DNA from: an uncultured Chloroflexia bacterium | GTDB taxonomy: Bacteria; Chloroflexota; Anaerolineae; Anaerolineales; Anaerolineaceae | DNA: 64,000 nucleotides | Assembly (NCBI GenBank): GCA_963741885.1 | Contig: CAVUJS010000009.1 | Coordinates: 54,636 to 118,635, forward strand | Direction: 5' to 3' | The notes under the pieces: model-generated | The model's database searches: none | What the model was told of the DNA's origin: nothing | Seen by the model: the letters and a program-made list of their open reading frames with translations, nothing else | Made by a program: the position numbers and the translations under genes | Shown: one piece after another, positions 9,482 to 17,047 of the stretch | Numbering within the stretch: the stretch's first letter is position 1 | Layout of the letters: each line of letters begins with the position of its first letter

Positions 9482-9817
9482 AACTGCCTCCTTCCGGTTA
9501 ATCCGTTCTTGGGGGGTGAAATGGGACCTTGAAACCGCGCTCGACCTTCCGTCGAGCGCGGGGTTTTTACTTGAATTGTTAACCCCGTTAGTAACCATTA
9601 TAGTGATTGTCCTTCTAATTGCAATGGGAACTGCCTGGTACAAGGTGAGGCTAGAATCACGCTGATCCAGCAGCACGGTCAGCCACCCGTAGTCACCCCG
9701 CTCTAAAATTGGGGTAGGGCCCCCAATTTCGGAGCGGGGCCGGGGGTGAGGATTTTTTGTAAAACCGTAAACTACTTTTCTAGCCCCATCTCCCTGGAAA
9801 AAAATTGTACATACGTC

Positions 9818-9845
9818 TTGAATATTTTTCATACCTGCCTATAAT
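9818..9845 (+). promoter_or_regulatory. Sigma70-like promoter candidate for the 9902 gene
   Basis: TTGAAT (9818-9823), 16-nt spacer, TATAAT (9840-9845). The ~50-nt leader contains hairpin GTGGATCATTGGGATCCAC. Confidence 0.45.
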
Positions 9846-9901
9846 AAATAAAGTGGATCATTGGGATCCACGTTTATCAACTTATTTTAGGAGGGTTATT
9901 G

Positions 9902-10093
9902 ATGAATGAATTAGTAAAGCTTGTGCAGGATAAAACCGGAATTTCTGAAGATCAGGCGCGGACCGCGGTCACCACGGTGGTGAATTATCTGAAAGGGAAG
10001 CTGCCTGCCCCTATCGCCTCACAGGTGGATGGAGCGTTGAACAGTTCGGGTGCGATGGGTGCTTTGGGGGGCATGTTGGGCGGCAAGAAGTAA
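9902..10093 (+). CDS. Small hypothetical protein (63 aa, helical N-terminus, Gly-rich tail)
   Basis: AGGAGG 7 nt before ATG 9902. A promoter candidate lies upstream and GC-rich hairpins lie downstream (10124-10195). Confidence 0.6.
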   Translation: MNELVKLVQDKTGISEDQARTAVTTVVNYLKGKLPAPIASQVDGALNSSGAMGALGGMLGGKK

Positions 10094-10199
10094 AGCTTGC
10101 CGGAAAGAAAATGCAATTTAGAGCGGGGCGCGGGGTAAGAAGAGAGAACGCGCCCCTGTGCAGCCTCCCCCTTTGGCTGGAAGGGGGGGGCGCATTTTT

Positions 10200-11114
10200 T
10201 TAATCTTCTTCCGCAGGGATCCAGTTCAATAATTCCTGGGTGACCTGCTCAGGCTCGTCATGCTGCAAGAAGTGCGAGGCGCGCGGGAAGTAAACCAGGC
10301 GGCCCCGCGGACAGTACTCCAGGCTCCACTGCGCCAGTTCGGGGATCAGCGCCACATCCCGCTTGCCCCACAGGATTAAAGTAGGCGCTTGCACCTGCTG
10401 CGCGTTTTGCGCCTGGCCGGGCTGGAATAGATTGCGCAAAGACGCCGGGCGCAGGGCGGCGCGGTACCAGTTGAGCATGCCGCTCAGGGCGGGGATGTGC
10501 GCGCCGGGTTGGGCCCAGGCGGCTGTATAGCGGCGCAGGTCGGCTTTGGAAAAGGTGCCGGGGTTGGCAGCCGCGCGCAGGGCGGCGCGCATGGGGGCAT
10601 AGTGACCCAGGCGCAGCAGGAATTCGGGCAGCGCGGGGATCTGGAAAAAGTAGATGTACCAGGATTTGACCACCTGCCGCCAGACCAGGTGGCTGAAGGC
10701 GCGGCGCAGCGCGCCGGGGTGCGGGACATTAAGGATCCCCAGGCGTTCCACGCGCTGCGGGTAGCTGATGCCCAGCTGCCAGGCCACCTCCGCGCCCCAA
10801 TCATGCCCGATGAGGATGGCTTTTTCACGCCCAAAGAAATCCAGCAGCCCCAGGATGTCGTGTGCCAGCGTATCCAGCCGGTAGGCAGCCACGCCGGCGG
10901 GCTTGTCGCTCAGGTTGTAACCGCGCTGGTCTGGCGCGACCACGCGCAGCCCCGCTTGCGCCAGCGGGCCGATCTGCGCCTGGAACCCCGCCCAATATTC
11001 GGGGAAGCCATGCAGCAGGATCACCAGCGGGCCGCCGGCAGGTCCGGCGGCTTCGACGTGCAGGCGGATGCCGTTGGTTGGCACGGAAAGGGTTTCCGTT
11101 TTAAATGGTTTCAT
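10200..11114 (-). CDS. Alpha/beta hydrolase (epoxide hydrolase / haloalkane dehalogenase-like)
   Basis: HGFPEYWAGF oxyanion region, nucleophile elbow IGHDWGAEVAW, C-terminal His in ASHFLQHDEP. Confidence 0.88.
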   Translation of the reverse strand: MKPFKTETLSVPTNGIRLHVEAAGPAGGPLVILLHGFPEYWAGFQAQIGPLAQAGLRVVAPDQRGYNLSDKPAGVAAYRLDTLAHDILGLLDFFGREKAILIGHDWGAEVAWQLGISYPQRVERLGILNVPHPGALRRAFSHLVWRQVVKSWYIYFFQIPALPEFLLRLGHYAPMRAALRAAANPGTFSKADLRRYTAAWAQPGAHIPALSGMLNWYRAALRPASLRNLFQPGQAQNAQQVQAPTLILWGKRDVALIPELAQWSLEYCPRGRLVYFPRASHFLQHDEPEQVTQELLNWIPAEED

Positions 11115-11164
11115 ACCAGCTCCTGGGAAAAGTTTATCACCAGTTACCCGACAGTTTATACTTT

Positions 11165-11400
11165 GCTGTAAAAATCCTCAACCCCTCCCGTCCCCTTCTC
11201 CAAAAAATGCAAAACCCGTGCATTTTTCGGAGAAGGGGAGGCCAGAATGACCTTCCGGAAGGCTGCCCCAAAAGGCACTCCCTCTCTGAATTCGACCAAT
11301 CTTGTCGAATTTGGAGAGGGAGCACGGTTCGCCGCAAGGATAAGAAGCTAGACGAATTTGTGTTGCGCGGCGAACCGCAGGGTGAGGATTTTCTCTAAGG
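11165..11400. repeat. Cluster of mosaic hairpin repeat modules
   Basis: CCCCTTCTCCAAAAAATGC...GCATTTTTCGGAGAAGGGG, CCCTCTCTGAATTCGAC...GTCGAATTTGGAGAGGG, CGGTTCGCCGC...GCGGCGAACCG and GGGTGAGGATTTT are modules shared with the other clusters. Confidence 0.8.
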
Positions 11401-11404
11401 ATAA

Positions 11405-11472
11405 ACTGTCCGGTAACGAGTACCCGGCGCTACCCGACAAACATAGGGTTACTTATGCCGCCGGGTACTAGG
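11405..11472. repeat. Family A repeat, truncated inverted copy
   Basis: The reverse complement reads CTAGTACCCGGCGGCATAAGTAACCCTATG...GCGCCGGGTAC, matching the first hairpin of 797..909 and 13917..14028. Confidence 0.65.
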
Positions 11473-11544
11473 TTTATCATTTTGATGGGAACAAAATCAA
11501 CATTTTCCGCGTTTTAACTACAATAACGCGCATTCGGAATTACA

Positions 11545-11645
11545 CCCGCCCGCAGACGGGCTAGCCGGAAGCGCCGCTTGAAAGCGGTTTTTCAAGCCGG
11601 ATTCATCCGGCGCAACCCCTGAGCCCGGTCGCTTGAGCCGGGCGG
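11545..11645. repeat. Cloverleaf-like structured repeat (family B), copy 2
   Basis: CCCGCCCGCAG...GCCGCTTGAAAGCGG...GCCGGATTCATCCGGC...GCTTGAGCCGGGCGG. Conserved tail GGCGGCAGGTGAG..TACCGAA as at 19.9 kb. Confidence 0.7.
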
Positions 11646-11702
11646 CAGGTGAGAGGTACCGAATTGAGCTTACCACATCCCTAATTTTCAGGAGAATGAA
11701 CC

Positions 11703-12521
11703 ATGCTGCGCATGAAACTTTTTATCACTGCGATACTGATCTTAATGCTGCTTTCGGCCTGCGCCCCGGCGCTGGCTACAGCTGTTCCCCAGGCAACCAT
11801 CCCTGCCACAGCGGTCCCGGCGGTCCCGGCGACAGCCGTCCCAACTGCGGCGGTAGAACCCCCGGCGCAGTCCGCCAGTGCGGGCGGCGTGAGCCTGGAC
11901 CTGAATGGTCTGGCGCAGGGGCTGACCAGTGAAACCGTCGCCGCCGTGCCGCCAACCGCCAACTCGCCTTATTGGGAGATGCTGCCCCAGCACACGCGTT
12001 TGACCTTGCAGGGCTACCCGATCAGCCAGCATTTGCTGAAACCGCAGATCTTTGTTTATCCGGTCAATGAACTGGGAAACTACAACGAAAACGCGGGAAA
12101 GATCGCTAGCAATTTGCAGGTGACGCTGCAAAACCAGGCACCGGTAGGCCCGGACATGCCCTTCCTGCCGCTGTTCAATGCAGCCCAGGTGCTGGTTGCC
12201 CAGCCGGATTACTTCGCCTTCCAGAACGGCGCGGGCGTGCGCTACCTGACCTTTTTCAGCCAGGGCATCGTGCCGGTGAACAATGCTGAGCTCATGTACA
12301 CCTACCAGGGCCTGACCCAGGACGGCAAGTATTATGTCTCGGCGGTCCTGCCCATCAACCACCCCGGGCTGCCCGCCGGGTCGAAGGCCCCAGAGCAAAT
12401 CGACGGCTTCAAGGCGTACCTGCAAAACATCACGGACTTGCTCAACCAGCAGCCCGCCGACAGCTTCACCCCTAGCCTGGACCAGCTGGACGCGATGCTG
12501 AAGTCGCTCAAAGTTGAATAG
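11703..12521 (+). CDS. Lipoprotein, unknown function
   Basis: Lipobox MLLSAC, Pro/Ala/Thr/Val linker, AGGAG-like RBS, followed by a perfect bidirectional terminator. Confidence 0.75.
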   Translation: MLRMKLFITAILILMLLSACAPALATAVPQATIPATAVPAVPATAVPTAAVEPPAQSASAGGVSLDLNGLAQGLTSETVAAVPPTANSPYWEMLPQHTRLTLQGYPISQHLLKPQIFVYPVNELGNYNENAGKIASNLQVTLQNQAPVGPDMPFLPLFNAAQVLVAQPDYFAFQNGAGVRYLTFFSQGIVPVNNAELMYTYQGLTQDGKYYVSAVLPINHPGLPAGSKAPEQIDGFKAYLQNITDLLNQQPADSFTPSLDQLDAMLKSLKVE

Positions 12522-12526
12522 CTTTT

Positions 12527-12568
12527 AAACACAAAACAGCCTGGCGCGCGCCAGGCTGTTTTGTGTTT
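12527..12568. terminator. Bidirectional intrinsic terminator between convergent genes
   Basis: Perfect 42-nt palindrome AAACACAAAACAGCCTGGCGC/GCGCCAGGCTGTTTTGTGTTT with A/T runs on both sides. Confidence 0.85.
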
Positions 12569-12572
12569 AAAA

Positions 12573-13823
12573 TTATTCTTCGAAGGAAGCCTGCCGGATG
12601 ATGCGGCGGATGGCTTCGGGGTTGGGCAGCAGCACGCGCGCGCCAAAGGGGTCGATCCAGTCGGCGGCTTCGGCGGGGGAGATGGCGTAGCGCTGCAAGC
12701 GGCTGGTATCTTTGGCGACCTGTACGGCGATGGGCATCATCGAGAGCACCTGGGTGGCTTTCATGTTGGTCTCCACATCCTGGCGGTACTGGGTGTAGAG
12801 TTCCGGCACGCGCTGGATGGCTTTCATCTCCATAAAGCGGGCGAAAATGCCCTCCATCACCTCCTGGGTGCGGCGCAGGCGGTCAAAGTCGCTGCTGGTG
12901 TGGCGCGAGCGAACGTACCACAGGGCCGTCGCGCCATCCATGCTGACCTTGCCCTGCAAGATGCTGCATGCCCCCTTTTTTTGCTGGGGCAGGTCGCAGG
13001 CATCTTCCAGCGGCTGTGCGGCGTCGATCTCGATGCCGCCGACGCTGTTGATCAGCCCGACAAAGCCCTGGAAATTGATCATAAAGTAGTAGTCGGGCGT
13101 CACGCCGTAGTTCTCGGTGAAGGCTTGCTGGAACAACTTGAAGCCGCCGTATTCCATGGTGGTATTGATGCGCGAATCGCCGTAGCCAGGCAGATTAAGC
13201 ACCAGGTCGCGCGGGAAGGAGACCACGCTGGCGCGGCCATTGCTGCCGTCGATGGTAAATAACATGATCACATCCGTGCGGAAGGTTTCATCCTGAGGGC
13301 GGTGATCGGTGCCCAGCACCAGGATGCGCGTCAGGCCATCCGGCGGTTTGACATTCGCCAGGGCATCTGGGGTGAGGGTGGGGGTGGGCAGTGCATCCGC
13401 GGCTTCCACCGGCTGGCGGTGCGGCAAGAATACCAGCACGCACACAGCCAGCACTACCAATCCCAACAGCAAAGGCGCCGCCCGGGCGAAGAATTGGGCT
13501 CTTTGTGCTTCGCGCACCTGGGCCAGCACGCCAGCGATGCCGGAATGCGCGCGCCGGCGGCGCACCGGGCGCGAGATGGACTGGATCAGGTGCGGGTCCA
13601 GGCTGGTTTGGGAGGGGTAGCGCCGGGCGACGGTGGGATAGCTGACTTTCGGCTCCGGGCGGCGCGGGCGGTTGAGCGGATCGCTCCACAGCAGCGCCCC
13701 CAGGTTCGCCAGGATTTGTCGAAAGGTCTGCCAGGCGTTTACACCGTTGACCGTTTTTTGCTTGCGGCTGCGGCGCGCCTCCACGCGCGCGCGCAGCGTG
13801 TCCGCCTGCCGCGGGGATTGCAT
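12573..13823 (-). CDS. LytR-CpsA-Psr (LCP) family cell-envelope phosphotransferase
   Basis: TM anchor then LVLGTDHRPQDETFRTDVIMLFTIDG...VSFPRDL...FMINFQGFVGLINSVGGIEID, the LCP core. Confidence 0.88.
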   Translation of the reverse strand: MQSPRQADTLRARVEARRSRKQKTVNGVNAWQTFRQILANLGALLWSDPLNRPRRPEPKVSYPTVARRYPSQTSLDPHLIQSISRPVRRRRAHSGIAGVLAQVREAQRAQFFARAAPLLLGLVVLAVCVLVFLPHRQPVEAADALPTPTLTPDALANVKPPDGLTRILVLGTDHRPQDETFRTDVIMLFTIDGSNGRASVVSFPRDLVLNLPGYGDSRINTTMEYGGFKLFQQAFTENYGVTPDYYFMINFQGFVGLINSVGGIEIDAAQPLEDACDLPQQKKGACSILQGKVSMDGATALWYVRSRHTSSDFDRLRRTQEVMEGIFARFMEMKAIQRVPELYTQYRQDVETNMKATQVLSMMPIAVQVAKDTSRLQRYAISPAEAADWIDPFGARVLLPNPEAIRRIIRQASFEE

Positions 13824-13916
13824 TGAATAGTTGAACTCGGGCCATACACGCTCCTTCCGGTCTGCCAGGCAGCCGGGGATGCCGCGGCTCGCCTGCCAGG
13901 GTTGATGTTCATCCAG

Positions 13917-14028
13917 CTAGTACCCGGCGGCATAAATCCCTCCATAGTTATCATGTCGCGCCGGGTACGTTAAACAGTCGGGCAGTACATTGAATAACTG
14001 TTGAGGTATTTATGCCCGACTGTACTAG
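13917..14028. repeat. Double-hairpin intergenic repeat (family A), copy 2
   Basis: CTAGTACCCGGCGGCATAAAT...CGCGCCGGGTAC...AACAGTCGGGCAG...TATTTATGCCCGACTGTACTAG. Same orientation relative to the downstream minus-strand gene as copy 1. Confidence 0.8.
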
Positions 14029-14277
14029 GTAGCAGGATTTATGCCAGCTGCCGCTTCGCTGAAAACCTGGTTTGAGATTTCTTTGCGGAACTGACAACTG
14101 CTGCGGCAGATCGCTGGTTGAAGAATCGGGCTGGGGAGGTTATAATATTGTTGTATAACAATTATGAATATATTATTATTTTGTTATGGCCCAGGTAATC
14201 GCTTCGGGGAATTGGGGCGCTTTTCCGGGCATCTTTGAACGAAAATGCTTCCCATTTCATAATCACAGGTTGAACGC

Positions 14278-16101
14278 ATGGGGAAACTGCCAGAACAGGT
14301 GAAGGCTGCCACTGAAACGGCGAAAGACAATCTACCCGCATTGGCTGACGCGGCAGACGTGGCTGCGCTTCAGGCGCAGCTGTTCTCGAAGATGCAGCTC
14401 CAGGCGCAAAGACTGCAGTTAATCAACGAGATCACCCAGCTGGCGCTGACCAGCAGCAACCTGAACCAGATGGTGACGCATATCTGCCAGCGCATCGTGG
14501 CTTTTTTAGCGGTGGCGGGCTGTTATGTGATGCGCTGGGATGTGGAGCAGGATATGCTCATCCCCCTGGCAGCGGCGGGTGAGGCGGCAGCCGATTTTAT
14601 GCGCCTGCCGCCCGCGCCCGGCGCGCCGACTTTAAGCCAGATGGTGCTGCACAGCGGGCGGGCGCTGTTCGCGGAGGACCTGTCTGGTATGCAGGCCTTG
14701 AACCCGCAGCTGCTGCATCCGTTGAGCAGCCCTTCGATCCTGGCGCTGCCCCTCAAAGTGGGGGAGCATCACCTGGGCGTGCTGCTGCTCGAGTTCGGCG
14801 AAGCGCACCCCGAAATGACGCAGACGGATATCTCGCGTTGGGAAGAGATTGCCGCGCAGATTTCGCTGGCCATTGCGCATGTGGCTTCCCTCGACCAGGA
14901 AAAGCAGCGCCGCAGCGAAGCCGAGATCCTGCGCCAGGCGATCGCGGTGATCAATTCCAGCCTGAACCTGGAGCGCGTGTTAAACAGCATCCTGGAACAC
15001 CTGGAAGAGGTGGTGCCCTTTGACAGCGCTTCGATCTTCCTCTCTGAAGGCGGCCAGCTGCGCGTGGCCGCTTTGAGCGGGCAGACGCGGCATTTGAAGT
15101 CCTTGGGCGAAAACATCAACAAGAAAGCGGGCCTGTTCGCGCTGCTGGAAGGCGCGTTTGCCCCGGTCATCCTGGCGGATGCCCAGGCGCACCCCTTATA
15201 CCAGCACTGGTCCTCGGATGGCCCCGATATGATTCACGGCTGGATGGGCGTGCCGCTGGTGGCCTATGAGCACGAGGTAGGCTGCCTGATGCTCAACAGC
15301 TGGGACCCAGACGTTTACACTGGCGACCACGCCCGCATGGCGCAGTCATTTGCCAGCCAGGCGGCGGTGGCGATTGAAAACGCGCGTTTATTCGAACAGG
15401 TGCGCGCCGGGCGCGAGCGGCTGCAAGGGTTGTCAAAGAAGCTGGTCGAAGTGCAGGAAGGCGAGCGGCGCTTTCTGGCGCACGAACTGCACGACGAAAT
15501 TGGCCAGATGCTGACGGGATTGCAGTTCACCCTGGAAATGGGCAAGCGCGTAGGTGAAGCCGAGCGCGTGCAGACCCTGAACGACGCGCAGGAACTGGTG
15601 CGCCAGCTGATGGCGCAGGTGCGCGAGCTTTCGCTCAACCTGCGCCCGGCCATGCTGGACGACCTGGGCCTGCTGCCCGCGCTCAAAGGGCACTTCCAGC
15701 GCTACCAGGAACTGACCGGCATCCAGGTTCAATTTGAGTATGAAAACCTGGAAATGCGCTTCCCAGGGGATATCGAAGTGACTGCTTTCCGGGTGGCGCA
15801 GGAGGCGCTGACCAACGTGGCGCGCTACGCCGGGACCCAAACGGCGCAGGTCAGGGTGCTCAACAACGGCGAGGAGTTATTGATCGAAGTCATCGACCAG
15901 GGCCGGGGCTTTGACACGTATATCACGCATAACAGCAGCCAGGCCTTTGGCATCACTGGTATGCGCGAGCGCGCCTACCTGGTGGGCGGCCGCTTTGAAA
16001 TTGAATCACAGCCCGGCGCGGGCACGCGCGTCTTTGCCGCTTTGCCGGTGGGTAACCGGTTGGAGAGGAGGAAATGTGAGCGTAAGAGTAATCCTGGTTG
16101 A
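14278..16101 (+). CDS. GAF-domain sensor histidine kinase (HisKA_3 / NarX-type)
   Basis: Two GAF-like regions. H-box HELHDEIGQMLTGL. HATPase boxes EALTNVARYA, DQGRGF and GITGMRERAYLVGG. Confidence 0.9.
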   Translation: MGKLPEQVKAATETAKDNLPALADAADVAALQAQLFSKMQLQAQRLQLINEITQLALTSSNLNQMVTHICQRIVAFLAVAGCYVMRWDVEQDMLIPLAAAGEAAADFMRLPPAPGAPTLSQMVLHSGRALFAEDLSGMQALNPQLLHPLSSPSILALPLKVGEHHLGVLLLEFGEAHPEMTQTDISRWEEIAAQISLAIAHVASLDQEKQRRSEAEILRQAIAVINSSLNLERVLNSILEHLEEVVPFDSASIFLSEGGQLRVAALSGQTRHLKSLGENINKKAGLFALLEGAFAPVILADAQAHPLYQHWSSDGPDMIHGWMGVPLVAYEHEVGCLMLNSWDPDVYTGDHARMAQSFASQAAVAIENARLFEQVRAGRERLQGLSKKLVEVQEGERRFLAHELHDEIGQMLTGLQFTLEMGKRVGEAERVQTLNDAQELVRQLMAQVRELSLNLRPAMLDDLGLLPALKGHFQRYQELTGIQVQFEYENLEMRFPGDIEVTAFRVAQEALTNVARYAGTQTAQVRVLNNGEELLIEVIDQGRGFDTYITHNSSQAFGITGMRERAYLVGGRFEIESQPGAGTRVFAALPVGNRLERRKCERKSNPG

Positions 16102-16729
16102 TGATCACCCGATTGTGCGGCAGGGGCTGCGCCGGCTGCTGGAATCCGAGCCGGAGCTGCAGGTAATCGCCGAATCTGGGGATGGATTAGAAGCCGTCCA
16201 GCTGGTGGAACGCTATAAACCGGACGTGCTGATTGTGGATTTAATGATGCCGGGCTTAAACGGGTTAGAAGTCACCCGCCAGGTGTGCCAGCGCCTGCCC
16301 TATATCCGCGTGGTGGTGCTTTCGATGCACAAGGACGATGATTATATCGTCCAGGCGCTGCGCAACGGCGCGATGGGCTATGTGATCAAGGATACCGGGC
16401 CGTCAGAGCTGGCCCAGGCCGTGCGCGAAGTGACCAGCGGACGGCGCTACCTCAGCCCGCAGATCGCGGAACGCCTGGTGGACCGCCTGCTGCTCCAGCC
16501 CAGCCAGTTGATGCAGGACCCTTACGAGCTGCTGACTTCCCGCGAGCGCGAGGTGCTGCAGCTGGTGGCCGAAGGCTTTACCAGCCCCGAGATCGCCCAG
16601 CGCCTGACGATCAGCCGGCGCACAGCCGAGCAGCACCGCGCCAACCTGATGCACAAACTGGGTTTGCAGAACCAGCGCGAGGTGCTGCGCTACGCCTTGC
16701 GCAAGGGTATTTTGCAGATGGATTTATAA
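16076..16729 (+). CDS. NarL/LuxR-family response regulator
   Basis: GTG 16076 with GGAGAGGAGGA upstream, overlapping the kinase stop. ILVDDHPIVRQGL, DLMMPGLNG, and HTH LTSREREVLQLVAEGFTSPEIAQRLTISRRTAEQHR. Confidence 0.9.
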   Translation: MSVRVILVDDHPIVRQGLRRLLESEPELQVIAESGDGLEAVQLVERYKPDVLIVDLMMPGLNGLEVTRQVCQRLPYIRVVVLSMHKDDDYIVQALRNGAMGYVIKDTGPSELAQAVREVTSGRRYLSPQIAERLVDRLLLQPSQLMQDPYELLTSREREVLQLVAEGFTSPEIAQRLTISRRTAEQHRANLMHKLGLQNQREVLRYALRKGILQMDL

Positions 16730-16742
16730 GCCGGGCAGTTAT

Positions 16743-16782
16743 AAACGCGCCACTCTGGCAGGCCAGGTGGCGCGTTTTTGTT
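16743..16782 (+). terminator. Intrinsic terminator after the two-component operon
   Basis: AAACGCGCCAC-loop-GTGGCGCGTTTTTGTTT. Confidence 0.75.
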
Positions 16783-17047
16783 TCTCCTCAGAGATACGTA
16801 AGGTTACGTATTTTCTTTCTTCTAAAAAATGCGATGATAGATGCAATCCTGGTAAACAACTAAATAAACTTCGAAACAACCTGTATTTGTGCTTACATGC
16901 TTAGGGGGTACGATGCTATCTATAATGTCCTTTTTCTCTTGGTTTTCAATCATTGTCCTTTTGGCGGCAGCGGCGAGGTTCCAACAAATCCACCTGGATT
17001 GCGTGGTCGTGCGAAGCATAACCTGGAACTGGTGAGTGAGGTGCAGG

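Noticed and set aside
8612-9832. Long 406-aa version of the NmrA-like gene
   Set aside because: The N-terminal 117 codons cross repeat and hairpin sequence and are not protein-like. An SD plus ATG sits directly before the Rossmann GATGLLGG motif at 9481.
13288-13954. ORFs 13288..13845(-), 13302..13826(+) and 13739..13954(-) overlapping the 5' part of the LCP gene
   Set aside because: They are alternative-frame or antisense ORFs in a Pro/Arg/Ala-rich high-GC stretch. The 13739..13954 ORF starts inside the family A repeat. The LCP frame is continuous with the conserved catalytic core.
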